Origin: Okamejei kenojei
Taxonomy: Eukaryota
Reading direction: 5' to 3'
Length of the DNA: 64,000 nt
NCBI GenBank assembly: GCA_035221665.1
Contig: CM069141.1
Location: forward strand, 28,396,001 to 28,460,000
The notes under the pieces were generated by a model that ran no database searches, was not told the origin of the DNA, and worked only from the letters and a program-made list of their open reading frames with translations. The position numbers were made by a program, and so were the translations under genes. Below are positions 1-12,296 of this stretch, piece by piece; the first letter of the stretch is position 1; each line of letters opens with the position of its first letter.

Positions 1-204
1 AGACTATAACCCAGGACCTTTGGATTTAAATAATATTTAAAGTGGTGTAGAAATAAATTGCAATCCAGTTTAATATATTCAGGTTAGAAATTCACCAAGT
101 GCTTTGGTTTCCTTCCACATCCTAAAGACCTGCTGGTAAGTTAATTAACTCCTGGCAATTACTTTTTCATGTAGGTTGAAGGAATCAAAGGGAGTGATGG
201 TCTT

Positions 205-517
205 GTGTGTGGGAGATCATGTCTCACCGCTTTATTTGAGTTTTTTGAAGTAACAAAGAATGGTGAGGGCAGATGTAGTCTATATGAACTTCAGGAAGGC
301 CTTTAATAAGGCCTTCCACATGGTAGGCTGCTCTGGAAGGTTAGATATCATGGGATCCAGAATAGTCTTCATGGTAGGAAGCAAGGGGTGGGAGTGGAAG
401 GTTGTTTTTCAGACTGGCGATCAGTGTTGAGGTGTGCCTCAGGGATCATTTCTGGGCCCAGTGTTGTTTGCTATTTATACCAACGATTTGGATGAGAATG
501 TACGGCATAATTAGTAA
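205..517 (+). mobile_element. Degraded CR1 LINE reverse-transcriptase fragment
   Basis: Frameshifted remnants of GRSCLT..EFFE, DVVYM.F.KAF.K, GVPQGS.LGP.LF.IY.NDLDE motifs; cut off by the next insertion. Confidence 0.85.
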
Positions 518-1027
518 ACAATCACAATCGGTTTTATTCGTCACATTGCACACAAAGTGCAAGTGAAATTAATTTGCCAGCAGCGGTATAATGATAAAGA
601 ACACACAAAAACACAATAATAATTTAACACAAACATCCACCACAGCATTCATCACTGTGGTGGAAAGCACGAAAATTTGGCCAGTCCTCCTCCATTTTCC
701 CCCGTGGTCGGGACCTCAACCCTCCGCAGCTGCGGGTGTCCAGACGTCCAGACAGGTAAAAGTCCAGGTAAGTCCAGAATTGTCTCTTCCTCACCTGGAG
801 ACCGCGGCTTCAGGTTGGTGTAGGCCGAAGGCCGGTGGTCGAAGATTTAAAGTCAGAAGCACCGCGGACCGCAGGGCCGGCGGTCGAAGCTCCCCTCCAG
901 GGGTGATGGTAAGTCCACGCCGGGCCCGCGGTAGAAGTAGGCCGCGGGCCGAAGGTCAGAGCTTCTTCTCCCGGGTCCCTACGAGGGATCCCGGGCTGCG
1001 GACGCAGGCTGTACACAGGCTGTACAC
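518..1027 (-). mobile_element. Non-autonomous GC-rich retroposon with Rex/Babar-type 3' tail (copy A)
   Basis: On - strand: CpG-rich body, hairpin 636-664, terminal TCAC-TTGCAC-loop-GTGCAA-T-GTGA stem-loop, AATAAA and short repeat tail; patchy homology to 4225-5076. Confidence 0.75.
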
Positions 1028-1390
1028 GGAACATTTTAGAGCTATTTGTTATCTCTTCATCTAAATTTATAAAACCATAGGGATCCCATTTCAAAACAGA
1101 ACTACCTTATTTATGTGGATTATTTCAGAAATCTCTCAAAACATTGCACATAGATTATTCTTATGTTAACAAGGTACAATGCCGAACGTCAGCTTTTTTT
1201 GGTCATTTTTGTGCAAATGTATAGTGGAGCTGACTTTCCTTTTTGGATGTTTTCTTCTTTAAGAGAAACCAATTGGGGGAAAAAAATGTAATTCTATCAA
1301 TTTTGTTACGATTGAGGCTTTACCTTGTACTTTTGCTCAAAATAAGCGTAATATCTGAAAGGCAAACCAGTACTTGCCCTGCAATGAAGT

Positions 1391-1548
1391 GTAGTTTAGT
1401 TTAGTTTATTATTGTCACGTGTACCAAAGTACAGTGAAAAACTCAGTTTGCATGCTATCCAGTCAAAGAAAAGACTATACATGAATACAATCAAGCTGTC
1501 CACACTGCAAAGGATAAAGGGTACACCATTGAATGCAAGATATAACAT
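1391..1548 (-). mobile_element. Rex/Babar LINE 3' UTR and tail
   Basis: (CTAAA)n tail, AATAAA, TCAC-TGTAC-loop-GTACA-C-GTGA stem-loop; homologous to the 3' UTR at 12297-12430. Confidence 0.75.
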
Positions 1549-1864
1549 TGAACAATGTTTAAAATTAAGGGGATAATTGTTCAATGGCCTCAGGAGCACA
1601 TACAGGATTGCTACCACATACCCCTCAAATGATTATTCATATTCATCACTCTTCCACACAGATAAACCCATCATACAGATCAGTCGCAGACTGATATTTA
1701 CAGAAGTTAGTAGTGACAGCAATTTGTTGAAATCATTGCAACCGATGTAGCAAAGATATCAAAGTTTTGGTAAGTCCATTCCATGCTTCTTCCAAGATGA
1801 TATTAGGACAGAGATTTCAGTGATGTTGAGAGACAAGAATAGTTCATATTGTTCTCAGCATGTT

Positions 1865-2175
1865 GAATTTAAGGGGAACTTTATGAGACCTAAAACATTG
1901 ACATTTTGGTTTAACAGAATGCTTCTGGTTAAAAAGATACACATTTAAGATAATTAGAAAAATATTTAGAAGAATTTACTTTTTTTTCCTCATGTAGTGA
2001 GTTTTCAAATGGAATTGGTTAGATGAAAAGTAATGTTCTAAACGGAATTTTATATATACTTAAAAACACATTTGCAGAGCTTTGGGAAAGGAACAGAATA
2101 GGACTAGTTCAATAACTCTTTCCAAATGTGGACACAAGAATGATGTGCCAAAAGAACTTGTTCAGCTGCAAATAA
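1865..2175 (+). mobile_element. Highly degraded CR1 3' end
   Basis: Patchy similarity to the CR1 3' ends in this window (TTAAGGGGAACTTTATGAGACC..., GGACTAG...GGACACAA...GCCAAAAG). Confidence 0.55.
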
Positions 2176-3092
2176 CACAAGATGCTCTCTGTTTCCCAGC
2201 CTCCCTCTAAAGCTAACATTAAACTTGTCTATTCATTGTGCATCAGTGCTAAGATTTATTTAACATCATTTGTGTGAAGAGCCTTAAGACGTTTTACTGT
2301 ATTGAAGATGTTATTATATAAATAAAGCTATTGTTGCTCATTCTTTGAATCGGTTTGTGAAAGGGCAAAACAGAAAAATACTCTGTATTAAAGTTTAATG
2401 AACCAGAATAAGAAAGTGTTTGGAAGGATGCAATGTGTGTAGAACCTAGTTAAAAAATAAATGCACAAATAAGAGTAAAATCTAAGATACAGAAAAAGAA
2501 TATATGACAAAATGAAATCTATTTCTAAATTCTGTTTAAAAATTCAAAGCATGATTCATAATGACTTATTCTGGAGTTTTTTTTAATAAGTTGGGAATTT
2601 TTACAATACATTAGAAACATTGGGATATTTTGAGAATGCAGCATATTATGCAGTTTATCTTTTTTGGTAAAATGGAAAATTATTAAAAAGATGGCCAAAT
2701 TAGACAAAGTAAATTTTAAACATTTGCAAATTCTCCCTCTGCCTACAACCATGGCAAATATCCAAAATATGTTACGGGGAAGAATACATCATTGCGATTT
2801 TTTACAGACATGCCGGGCAATCACCACATTATTTAATAAGTTGTAGAAATCCTTCAAAACTGGCTTTTATAAGACAGAAGTTCGTGGTGGAAGGATGTTA
2901 TTCTGGCTGAAGGTCTGTGACCAGTGACGTTCCGCAGAGGTCTGTGCTGGGACCACTATGGTTTGTGATATATATATGAACAATGTGGATGTAAATGTAG
3001 ATGGGTTGGTCAGTGAGCCTTTAGATGTCAACAAAATTGGAGGAATTGTGTATCGTGAGGGAGGCAGTGAAAGTATTCAGCAGGGTATGGAT

Positions 3093-3840
3093 TACATGGT
3101 AAATGGTAGGGAATTGAGGAATGCTGTGGAACAGAGGGATCTAGGAATAACTGTGCATAGTTCCCTGAAGGTGGAATCGCATGTAGATAGGGTGGTAAAG
3201 AAAGCCTTTGGTGTGCTGGCCTTTATAAATCAGAGCATTGAATATAGGAGGAGGGAAGTAATGTTAAAATTGTACAAGGCATTGGTAAGACCAATTCTGG
3301 AGTATGGTGTACAATTTTGGTCGCCTAATTATAGGAAGGATGTCAACAAAATAGAGAGAGTACAAAGGAGATTTACTAGAATGTTGCCAGGGTTCCAGCA
3401 ACTATGTTACAGAGAAAGGTTGAACAAGTTAGGTCTTTATTCTTTGGAGCGCAGAAGGTTAAGGGGGGACTTGATTGAGGTCTTTAAATGATGAAAGGGA
3501 TAGACAGAGTTGACGTGGATAAGCTTTTCCCATTGAGGGTAGGGAAGATTCAAACAAGAGGGCATGACATGAGAATTAAGGGACAGATGTTTAGGGGTAA
3601 CGTGAGGGGGAACTTCTTTACTCAGAGGGTGGTGGCTGTGTGGAATGAGCTTCCAGCAGAAGTGGTGGAGGCAGGATCGATTTTAACATTTAAAAGTAAA
3701 GTGGATAGGTATATGGACGTGAAGGGAATGGAGAGGTATGGTCTGAGTGCAGGTAGATGGGACTAGGGGAAAACAAATGGTCGGCACGGACTGGAAGGGC
3801 CGAGAGGGCCTGTTTCCGTGCTGTAATTGTTATATGGTTA
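3093..3840 (+). mobile_element. Young 5'-truncated CR1 LINE (ORF2 C-terminus and 3' UTR, (TATATGGT)n tail)
   Basis: ORFs 2958-3491 and 3488-3766: KALVRPILEYGVQFWSP, RRLRGDLIEVFK, RGNFFTQRVV; one frameshift; near-identical to 52031-52290. Confidence 0.95.
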
Positions 3841-4224
3841 ACTACAGAAATGGGAAGAGTAATGGCCGATGGAGTTTAATCTGAGGATAATGTGAGGCGT
3901 TGCAATTTGGGAGGTCAAATGTAAGGGGGAAAGCATACAGATAATAACAAGACCTGTAACAGCATTGATAATCACATGGATCTTGGGGTTTAAGTACATG
4001 ACTCCCTGAAAGCAGCCACAAAGGTAGACAGTATGGTAAAAGTGGTGTATGTTATGCTTGTCCTCTTTGGGCAGGGCATTGAGTATAAGAGTCAGGAAGT
4101 CCCGTTGCAGCATTATAGGACTTTAGTCAGGCTGCATTTGGAATACTGTATACAGTTGTGGGTCGCCTTGTTATAGGAGAGGTTTTGGAGGGGATGCACC
4201 AGTTTACCAGAATGTTGCCTGGAT

Positions 4225-5076
4225 ACAAGGATACAAAGGACATTTATTATCACATACACCAATTGGTGTAGTGAAATTTGACTTGCCATGCAGCACACAG
4301 ATAAAGATAAGATACAACATTAAATAATTTAACAATAAACATAAAAACATCCCCCCACAATGGTTCCCACTGTGAGGGAAGGCACAAAGTCCAGTCCCCA
4401 TCCCCATGCCCACCCATAGTCAGGAATATTGAGGCCTCCGCAGTCGCCGCTACGGGGCCCGATGTTTCAGGCCCTTCTCACCAGGTGATGGTGCTCCAGT
4501 GTCGGGAGAATCCTCTCAGCGGCTTGGGACACCTAGAACGGCCGTTTCCTTACCGGAGACACCGGCTTCCGAAGCCGACAGGCCGCGCTGGATGGAGCTC
4601 CAACACTGACGATCTCGCTGAGAGATCCCAGGCTCCCGATGTTAAAGTCAGCGCCGCAGCTGGCCACTCCAGAGACCCGCAGCTCCGCGATGTTCACCTG
4701 CGGTCTCAACATTCCGGAGCTCCAGCGCGGCGACCCGGGCAAGGCATTGCCCGCTCCGCGATAGCGCTCCAGCGCTGTGCCGCCGCCAAAGCCATGGTTC
4801 TGGCCGGTCCCCTCAGGAAATGCCGCTCCAGACCCGTTGCTAGGCCGCAAGGACGGGTCAAAGATGCTGCCCGGAGAAAAGCCGGATCTCCGACCAGGTA
4901 GGTACCAGGAAAAGCAGTTTCCCCCTACCCCCCCCCCCCCCCCCCCCACACACACATAAAAAAGACTAGAGCTCCAAACAAAACACTTTTTAACACACTA
5001 AAAATAAAAGAAAAAAGTGAAAAGACAGACAGCTACAGGCTGGGCAGCCATATCCAACTGGACGGCGTCCCTGGAC
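4225..5076 (-). mobile_element. Non-autonomous GC-rich retroposon with Rex/Babar-type 3' tail (copy B, ~850 bp, possibly full length)
   Basis: Cleanly interrupts CR1 between ...GCCTGGAT and TAGAG (GGAT at 4221-4224 and 5077-5080); 3' stem-loop, AATAAA and (TTGTATCC)n tail; no RT similarity. Confidence 0.8.
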
Positions 5077-6231
5077 GGATTAGAGTGCATTAGCCAGAGG
5101 GAGAGGTTGAACAAACTTGGATTGTTTTCTGTGGCATTTTCGGAGGCTTAGGGGAGACTTAATAGATGTATGGAAATATATAAAATTATGAAAGGCAGAA
5201 AGTCAGACCTTTTTCCAAGGGTGGAGATGTCACAGACTAGAGAGCATAGCTTTACGGTGAGGGTCAAAATTTAAAGAAAATGTGCGGGGCACGTTTTCTT
5301 TTTACACAGAGAGTGTTTGGAACATGCTGTTGGCGGTGGTGGTGATGGTGATGGAGGCAGATACGATTGGGGCATTAAAGAGATTTTTGGTTAGATTCAG
5401 TGGATATGCAGTGAATGGAGGGATGTAGATCACGTGCAGGTAGAGCAGATTTGTTTAACCTGGCATCATGTTTGGCACAAAAATTGGAGGCCGAATGGCC
5501 TGTTCCTATGCTATACTGTTCTATGCTCTATGTTCATTTTTGTATTTAGATTTGAGTGATTGTCATTGGAACAGCCAGTCAGTATTGCTTTTATCTCTCA
5601 TGTACTAATTATAATTTTTTAGTGGACCTGTTCACTTGAAATCACATAATAAACATGAATGTGTCAACTTAAGTTTTACTTTAACTTTTAACTAAGTTTT
5701 AAGTTAACTTTTGCATTAGACAAATTCACACAGCTGGAACCCTGACAAATTAATTAATTTAATATTGTTATTAAGCCATTTGCAGTAACTTTAAAGATCT
5801 CATAAGTATAGTCTTCTGAAACTTACTGGAAATGGGCTTTAAATATTTAGTTATTATCCATAAGGCATAATTTCAGTGCCAAATTATTCCAGTTATTACA
5901 AAACTCAGACTCGCCAAATCAAATCCATATCAATGACATAAAACAGGAAAAATCCTTGTGCTAGTGTACAGAAAGAAACCTCAAACCTCCAGCTTTGTTC
6001 TTGTATCAAAATACATCAGAGGATATAATGGGTTCATCATTTTTTATGTCTTTAAACATTTTCTGCATGTCTGGATTTCCAAACATGTTTAAAATATAAA
6101 TAAATTAGGAACAGAAATTGGGGTGCATAAAACCACCATATTTTGTCCAATATAGTGTTTCCACAAACAACACACGTGGAGTTCACTTGATTAAATTCAA
6201 TGTGGCAGCTCATTCCGTTAACACCCTTTGA

Positions 6232-6432
6232 ATTCATGGAAAATGGGTGTTGGTGGCAAAGTCACCATTATTACCCACCCCTAATTGTCCTAAAAAAATT
6301 AGTGGCTTGTTAGACTATTTCAGAGAAATGTCAAGCAGTGACCATGTTGGGATCACATACGGGACAAATTGTGTAAGGGTTGTATGTAACCCTTCCCTTA
6401 AGAACATCAATGAACCAGATGGCTTGAAAACC
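6232..6432 (-). mobile_element. Old SINE 3' part (second chondrichthyan SINE family)
   Basis: Reverse complement matches the CATCTGG.TC..TGAT.T.CTT...AAGG...CAAGCCA segment of 61055-61318. Confidence 0.55.
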
Positions 6433-6959
6433 TAGGTTTTAAATAAAAGTTGGTCAGTGGATAGTACACTTTAACTTTTTTCAAAAACCTGTTTTGATAA
6501 TATGTCTGAAGTGAGGATGTCCAAGGCTTTGCATCATCCGGAGGTCAGAGCAGATGAATGAAAGTCAAATACTTTCTGGCAATTATGCATACACCATGAC
6601 ATCAAATCGTGTGCAAGCCTGTTGTATAAAATCAAGTGTAAAATTTGTGCTCCGAAATTGAAGCCTGTGAACTATGTGGGCTTCCAACCTCAGGGCAGCT
6701 CGTAGTGTTGAGGCCTTCCTCATGTTGATTAAAAAAACGGTTGCTCCTACCTGACCAACTTCATTAAATTACCTCCTTAAAGACTACTTCAAGTTCAACA
6801 CTGCCTCGCTACCTGTGTCTTCAGCCTACACCAACATCTTTCACATCCTTGGAACAACTCAAAACAGTTTATGCATCATGAATCATTCTTAAACCTTGCT
6901 CATTTATGTAGACAAAGGTGATATACATTTCATACAACCATTACTTTTTCATTGTCAAA

Positions 6960-7795
6960 GTATCCCACCTGACCCCCCCCATCCCCCCCCCCCCCCCCCC
7001 CCCCCCCCTCATCCACCACCTCTCTGACACCACCCAGGTCCTTTATTCACTCTGAATCATCTACATCACTACTCTGACCAAACCAGGTCTATCCTTTGAC
7101 CCCATCCTGAGTTCTTGATCATCTGACTTCCAAGCCTCCCTTACTAATCAACCCATCCAGACGTCTCAATCGTATCTCCCCCCACGCTGGCCACCTTGTG
7201 TATGGTCTCCTGCACTGCTCAAAAAGGCTCAATATCCGCTCGGTCCGCAATAACCAAGCCGACCTCCCAGTGGCTCAGCACTTCAATTCCCCCTCCCATT
7301 CCATATCCGACCTCTCGGTCCTGGGCCTCCACAGCCAGAGTGAGCAACACCGCAAGTTGGAGGAACAGCACCTCATATTCCGCTTGGGGAGTCTGCATCC
7401 CCTGGGCTTGAACATTGAATTTTCTCAATTCTGTTAACCCTTGCTGTCTCTGCCCCTTCCCACCTCTCCCTCAGCCCTCGGGCCCTGGCATTCCCTCTCT
7501 CTCCATCTCCCTCCCCCACCCTAGTCGCAGTAGCTTCTCATTTTCACACCACAAACAGCTTACAATAGCTTGTTCCCTTTATCATCGATAATTTTTTGCA
7601 TATCTTTCATTCATTGTTCTTTATCTCTCCACATCACCGTCTGTATCTCTCGTTTCCCTGACCAGTCTGAATAAGGGTCTCGACCCGAAACGTCGTCTAT
7701 CTCCTTCGCACCTTAGATGCTGTTGCACCCGCTGAGTTTCTCCAGCCTTTTGTGTACCCTCGATTCTCCAGCATCTGCAGTTCCTTCTTTAACTC
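6960..7795 (+). mobile_element. Penelope-like element: internally deleted ORF remnants, GIY-YIG C-terminus, pLTR with hammerhead motif
   Basis: IPPD..LSDT N-terminal remnant; ORF 7198-7437 DLPVAQHFNSPSH..RKLEEQHLIFRLGSLHP.GLNIEF; CTGAATA-AGGGTC-TC-GACCC-GAAACGTC at 7667-7694. Confidence 0.85.
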
Positions 7796-8044
7796 AATGC
7801 AAGCCACCTGTTCTGCTGAGCATTTTCAGCATTTTCTATATTTGTCTGTCTCTGCAGTTTTATTTGATTTTCATTAAATGTTTTACATTGTACCATTCCA
7901 CCATGGGTTTTTTAAAATATTTTGGTCCCTGGTTAAATAAGTCCTTCTTAACAACTTTATCTGCTTTTTCTGTTGAGTTTCATAGATACTTGCATTGTTC
8001 ATCAGTACTTCATGGGGTTCTGTCATGTATACCAGCTCCATTAA

Positions 8045-9660
8045 TCCTCCCAAATTATTAGACCTTATTTTTCGGGATTAATTTCCATCTACCTTTGCCT
8101 TGCTCATCTTATCAACTCATCAATGTCATTCTGTAGCTGAAAACTGGCCCCCACCCCGCTCCCCCACTATCAACACCACCCACACTTTTTCTGTAAACTT
8201 CAAACTTATTAATCATACATCTTGCATTCACAAATTGATTGGTTAAGTATACAATAAATAAGAAACACAACACTGATCCCTGTCGTATACCACTGGTCAG
8301 AAGCTTCCATTTATAAAAATAACCTTTCATTACATTCTCTCTTATCAATAAAACAATTTTTTATCCAATTTGTCATATTGCATTGGATCCTGTGGCCTCT
8401 TACCTTACGAAGAAGTGTCCTATGTGGCACTTTGGTAAAGGTCATAATAATATCCGTGTAGAGTACATCGACCTACTTTGTTACTCCTTTAAACAATTTA
8501 ATAAAATTAGTAAAACTGGATCTCCCCATGACAAAGCAAAGTTGACGATCCTCGTTTAATCTCGTCTACCTCGCTTAATCCCCGTCTCTCCACCTGCCGT
8601 TAATTGGAACAAAATTCTGAAGGACAATTAATTTCCTTGTCCATGGTGTCAAACTCACTAACATATCTGTAATTATATATCTTATCTCTGCTACCCTTCT
8701 TGAATAAAGGCAGCACATTCAATATCCTCCAGCCATCCGGCACCTCCACCTTGATCAGCAGAGTGATGATAATTTCAGTCATGGCATCAACAAATTCCAC
8801 AGTTTTGTCCCATAATTGCCTGGGATATTGCTCATCTGGACCTGAGGATTCATCAACCTATAACCTTGCTCAGACATCTAATACCACCTCCTTTTCATTG
8901 GTAATTTGTTCTGGCATCCTATTGTTTCCCTCCCCAAATTCTCCAATATTCTTTATGTAGTGAATACAGACAAATGTTCACACACTTCTGGTTTTGCAGA
9001 TAAATTGCCCTTTTGGTCCAACTCTTTCTGATTAACTTCCTGCCCTTTAACCTTCATAACATGCCTGTAGATCTTTTTTAATCATGCATGTCTGTGCTAT
9101 TTTATGCCCCCTTCTAATTAGTTAAATTACTGTGGGGTGGTGCCACTACCCACCCCCAGCTGACGGCTACACTTTCTGTACCATAGGCACTCTCCTGTTT
9201 TCAGTTCTCTAAACCTGACATAACCAATTTGCTTTACCCGATCCTCAACATCTCTTGACATCCAGGATCTTTGTATTAGTTAGCCTTGCCTTTAACCATG
9301 ATAGAGACATCTTAACCCAGAACTCTCACTATTTTTTTGAATGCTTTTTTTACCAGTTGCCTGGTAACTGCTTTGCCATGTCCTGCCTTATCATATTGAA
9401 ATAAACCTTTTCCCGCATTAGTTTCCGCTTCACCTCCACCTATACAGGACCTTAATTTCCAGTTTATCCTTATCCTTCTACACAAGGACCTTAAAACAAA
9501 GTTCTCATCACTATTTCCAAAATGTTCCGCAACTGATACACCCATCCCTTCTCCAGCTATATGTCCAAAGATTGGGTCTAGTACAGCCACTTATCTTGCA
9601 GGATTATCCACATACTGGTTCGGAAATCAGATGCTAGATGCACTCTAACAATTTCCACCC
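8045..9660 (-). mobile_element. Old CR1 LINE ORF2 (endonuclease C-terminus through RT), degraded
   Basis: ORF pieces AVLDPIFG..EHFGNSDEN (EN), VPDGWRILNVLPLFKKGSRDK..NYR, LTSGIRQGSVL. Confidence 0.85.
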
Positions 9661-9696
9661 CACAAAGCCATTCACATTAAGGCAATTTTAAAGCAG

Positions 9697-10012
9697 TTTT
9701 GTTTCGTTTCATTCCGTTTCATTTCGTGTAGTGATACAGTGTGGAAACAGGTCCTTCAGACCACCGAGTACTCGCTGACCAGCAATCTTCACACATTAAC
9801 ACTATCCTACACACACAATGGACAATTTACAATTTTACCAAAGCCGTTTAGCCTACAAACCTATACATCTTTGTAGTATGGGAGGAAACCAGAGCTCCCG
9901 GAGAAAACCCACACGGTACGGGGAGAATGTACAAATTACATACAGACAGTATCCATAATTGGAATCGAACCCGGGTCTCTGGCGTTATAAGGCAGCAACT
10001 CTACTGCCACCT
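9697..10012 (-). mobile_element. HE1/V-type tRNA-derived SINE
   Basis: B-box GGTTCGATTCC, V-domain-like GGTTTCCTCCCA..C..AAAGA, CR1-like tail CCTGTTTCCACACTGTATC. Confidence 0.85.
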
Positions 10013-10068
10013 TCTGAACCTTGTGAATTTTGTAGTCGGCAGGGCAGTACTCTGCATATCGCCAACTT

Positions 10069-10300
10069 GGACAATGTTACATTTTTATCAAGCCAATTAA
10101 TCAAGCCAATTAACCTACAAACCTGTACGTCTTTGTAGTGTGGGAGGAAACCGAAGATCTCAGAGAAAACCCATGCAGATCACGGGGAGAATGTACAGAC
10201 TCCATACAGACAGCACCCGTAGTCAGGATCGAACTCGGGTCTCTGCCGCTGGATTTTGCTGTAAGGCAGCAACTCTATCGCTGTGCCACTGTGACCGCCC
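10069..10300 (-). mobile_element. HE1/V-type SINE, 5' two-thirds
   Basis: Same head and central domain; internal tandem duplication TCAAGCCAATTAA x2. Confidence 0.85.
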
Positions 10301-11182
10301 TTATTTGGGGGAAGTTTAAATTCCCAACTCCTTTTGTCATAATATTTTTACAATTCTCTAATTTCCCAAAGTATCTGTCCATCTGTATCCTGCTGCCTGT
10401 TTGAAGCTCATTTGAAGTCCTTTATTGGATTCCTTGATTAATATTGCACCATAATTTTGTTTACATTTCCTTCAATATTATCATTATTGTAAAAAAAACC
10501 TTGGCATAATTACACTGATTTTATTTCCTATTTATCAATATTCAAGAAATCAAAATGCTGCTGTAGGTCATGATTGTACAAAACTACAGATAAGAAACAT
10601 TGTTCATGTGATATAGAAATGTCTGCTACAGTTCATACAGAATTCTGGTCTTTGTAATAAAAGTATTTCCACCTTAGCCTGCCTGAGGAATTTCTGGTTA
10701 AGGCAGTTGGTAATTTAGTATCACTTCATTCCAAATGGGGAAAGACTTGTACTGTCAACACACTGAGAATTAACTCCCCAACATAATTTCTTTCAGTTCT
10801 CGTCCAATCTAAAATACAGCCTTTCATCCTATAACATTGGGCTGCATTCAAACCCGTGTCCCAGAGGTAAAAAGAGCATGATTGAATTGCTCTCACCACC
10901 CAGTTTTGTAATTGTTCTCAGTTAGTAAACATTATTTTAAGTGTATGCAGTCATTCCTGCTATTGTGGCATTTCCAAGAAATATATAAAACATTGTTGTG
11001 AACAAATTTCACACTGTCTTTTCATGCGATGCAGATGTGCAAAACTAGTGAAAATAAATTTAAGCTAATGACGGTATTTTATTTAAACCTTTCTGAAAAA
11101 AGTCATCAGCCTTAACTCTAGTCCATTCACAATATTTGAATAATTGAATTGCCAGCAATATCTTGACATCTACTTTTGTTTA

Positions 11183-11665
11183 AAAAGAAGACACAAAGTG
11201 CTAGAGTAACTTATCGGGTCAGGCTCCATCTTTGCAGAATATGAAAGGGTGGCATTTCGACATAGCACAAAACAGTTAAACATTGGTTTAACTGTTCTGT
11301 GCTAACTTGAAATTCTGGTACAGGCAAAGTCATGTCTATAGAAGATTGCATAATGGTTTCCAGATGTATGATTATCCAGTAGGAAAATTGGCTACATAGA
11401 TTAAGCTTAAGAATCAATTGGCAATGTAAACTGATCATATTTATGTACAGGAAGGTGCACAACAACTCGACACAATTGCTTGGGTAATGTCGAGGAAAGT
11501 TGGCCAAGTTTCCTGCTCACAATTTTTATCCAACTGGTCCAGCAACAAGAATTCCTGTTAGAACATTGAGCAAGAAGTGAAAAAAAAAGACACAAGATGC
11601 TGGAGTCAGGCAGGATCACTGGAGAACATGGATAAATGATGTTTTAGTTTGGGTCCCTTCTTCAA
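11183..11665 (-). mobile_element. Two short Penelope pLTR fragments (11183-11260, 11580-11665)
   Basis: GACACAA..TGCT.GAGT...CAGG motif shared with other pLTR copies; degraded hammerhead at about 11637-11664. Confidence 0.65.
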
Positions 11666-12296
11666 GAAGCTAATCTTGAAGAAGGCAGCGATGGCCAACA
11701 AAGTCATTGTTCTTTGATTCTGCAGCGGTGCAGCTTTGGTCCAGTCCTATCCAGAATAATCAGTGGTATCCTTATTATCTAATAATTTAGCAGAGGGGAC
11801 TGTCCAAATGAAAGTATAGCTGATTCCAAGCAGGAGAAGCCTGAGTTTGGAGGAAAGCTCTGTCACACTTGTGGATATGTTAAAGAATGGGACAGGACAA
11901 AGGGTAGGATATTAATCATGCAGTGGATAATAGGGAAACAAAATTACCAATGGTGGTTATTTGAGCTGATGTATATTTGGGGCAACTAGTCTAGAGATCT
12001 GCATCTGACATATTCCAATTTATTTCAACTTTCATTTTAATTCATGTACAAAATGCGTTTATGTAATAAAGGTTTTGACAGAAAATGCTACTTTTCATTT
12101 CATTCTCTTACTTGAAATCAGGATATACCAGTAATTGCTAATCCAACAGCTAAAATGCAATTAAAAGTCATCTTTGACTTTGCATGATGATTGCTAAATG
12201 TTACACACTTCCACAGATGCTCATTGTCCTAAAGAATGAATGAAGGCACAATATTGCAACATTGAAATTCAGCTAGATAGTTTTTAGTCTCATGTT

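Larger units (their letters stand above)
2873..5535 (+). mobile_element. Old CR1 LINE 3' part, split by two nested insertions (pieces 2873-3092, 3841-4224, 5077-5535)
   Basis: Collinear RT/C-terminal motifs (VTS.VPQ.SVLGP; W.MEFN; LVR.HLEYC.Q.W; RFTRMLPG / LE.ISQRERLNKLGLFS) and (CTATGTT)n-like tail. Confidence 0.85.

Noticed and set aside
761-775. ACTTACCTGG on - strand resembling the U1 snRNA 5' end
   Set aside because: Only 10 nt, simply the complement of a splice-donor consensus; no further U1 similarity
591-1094. 157-aa and 94-aa ORFs in GC-rich DNA
   Set aside because: Lie within non-coding retroposon A; open on both strands because of GC content; no domain recognised
1324-1354. 31-nt - strand segment with good acceptor and donor (YYAYFEQKYK frame)
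   Set aside because: Isolated, no partner exons, peptide not recognised, does not resemble IL17B as I recall it
2958-3491. 177-aa ORF
   Set aside because: Chance in-frame fusion of an old CR1 and a nested young CR1
4485-4959. Three overlapping GC-rich ORFs and CpG-island-like composition
   Set aside because: Inside retroposon B nested in a CR1; not a promoter island or gene
10299-10308. Perfect CArG box CCTTATTTGG
   Set aside because: Created at a SINE junction; a few such 10-mers are expected by chance in 64 kb
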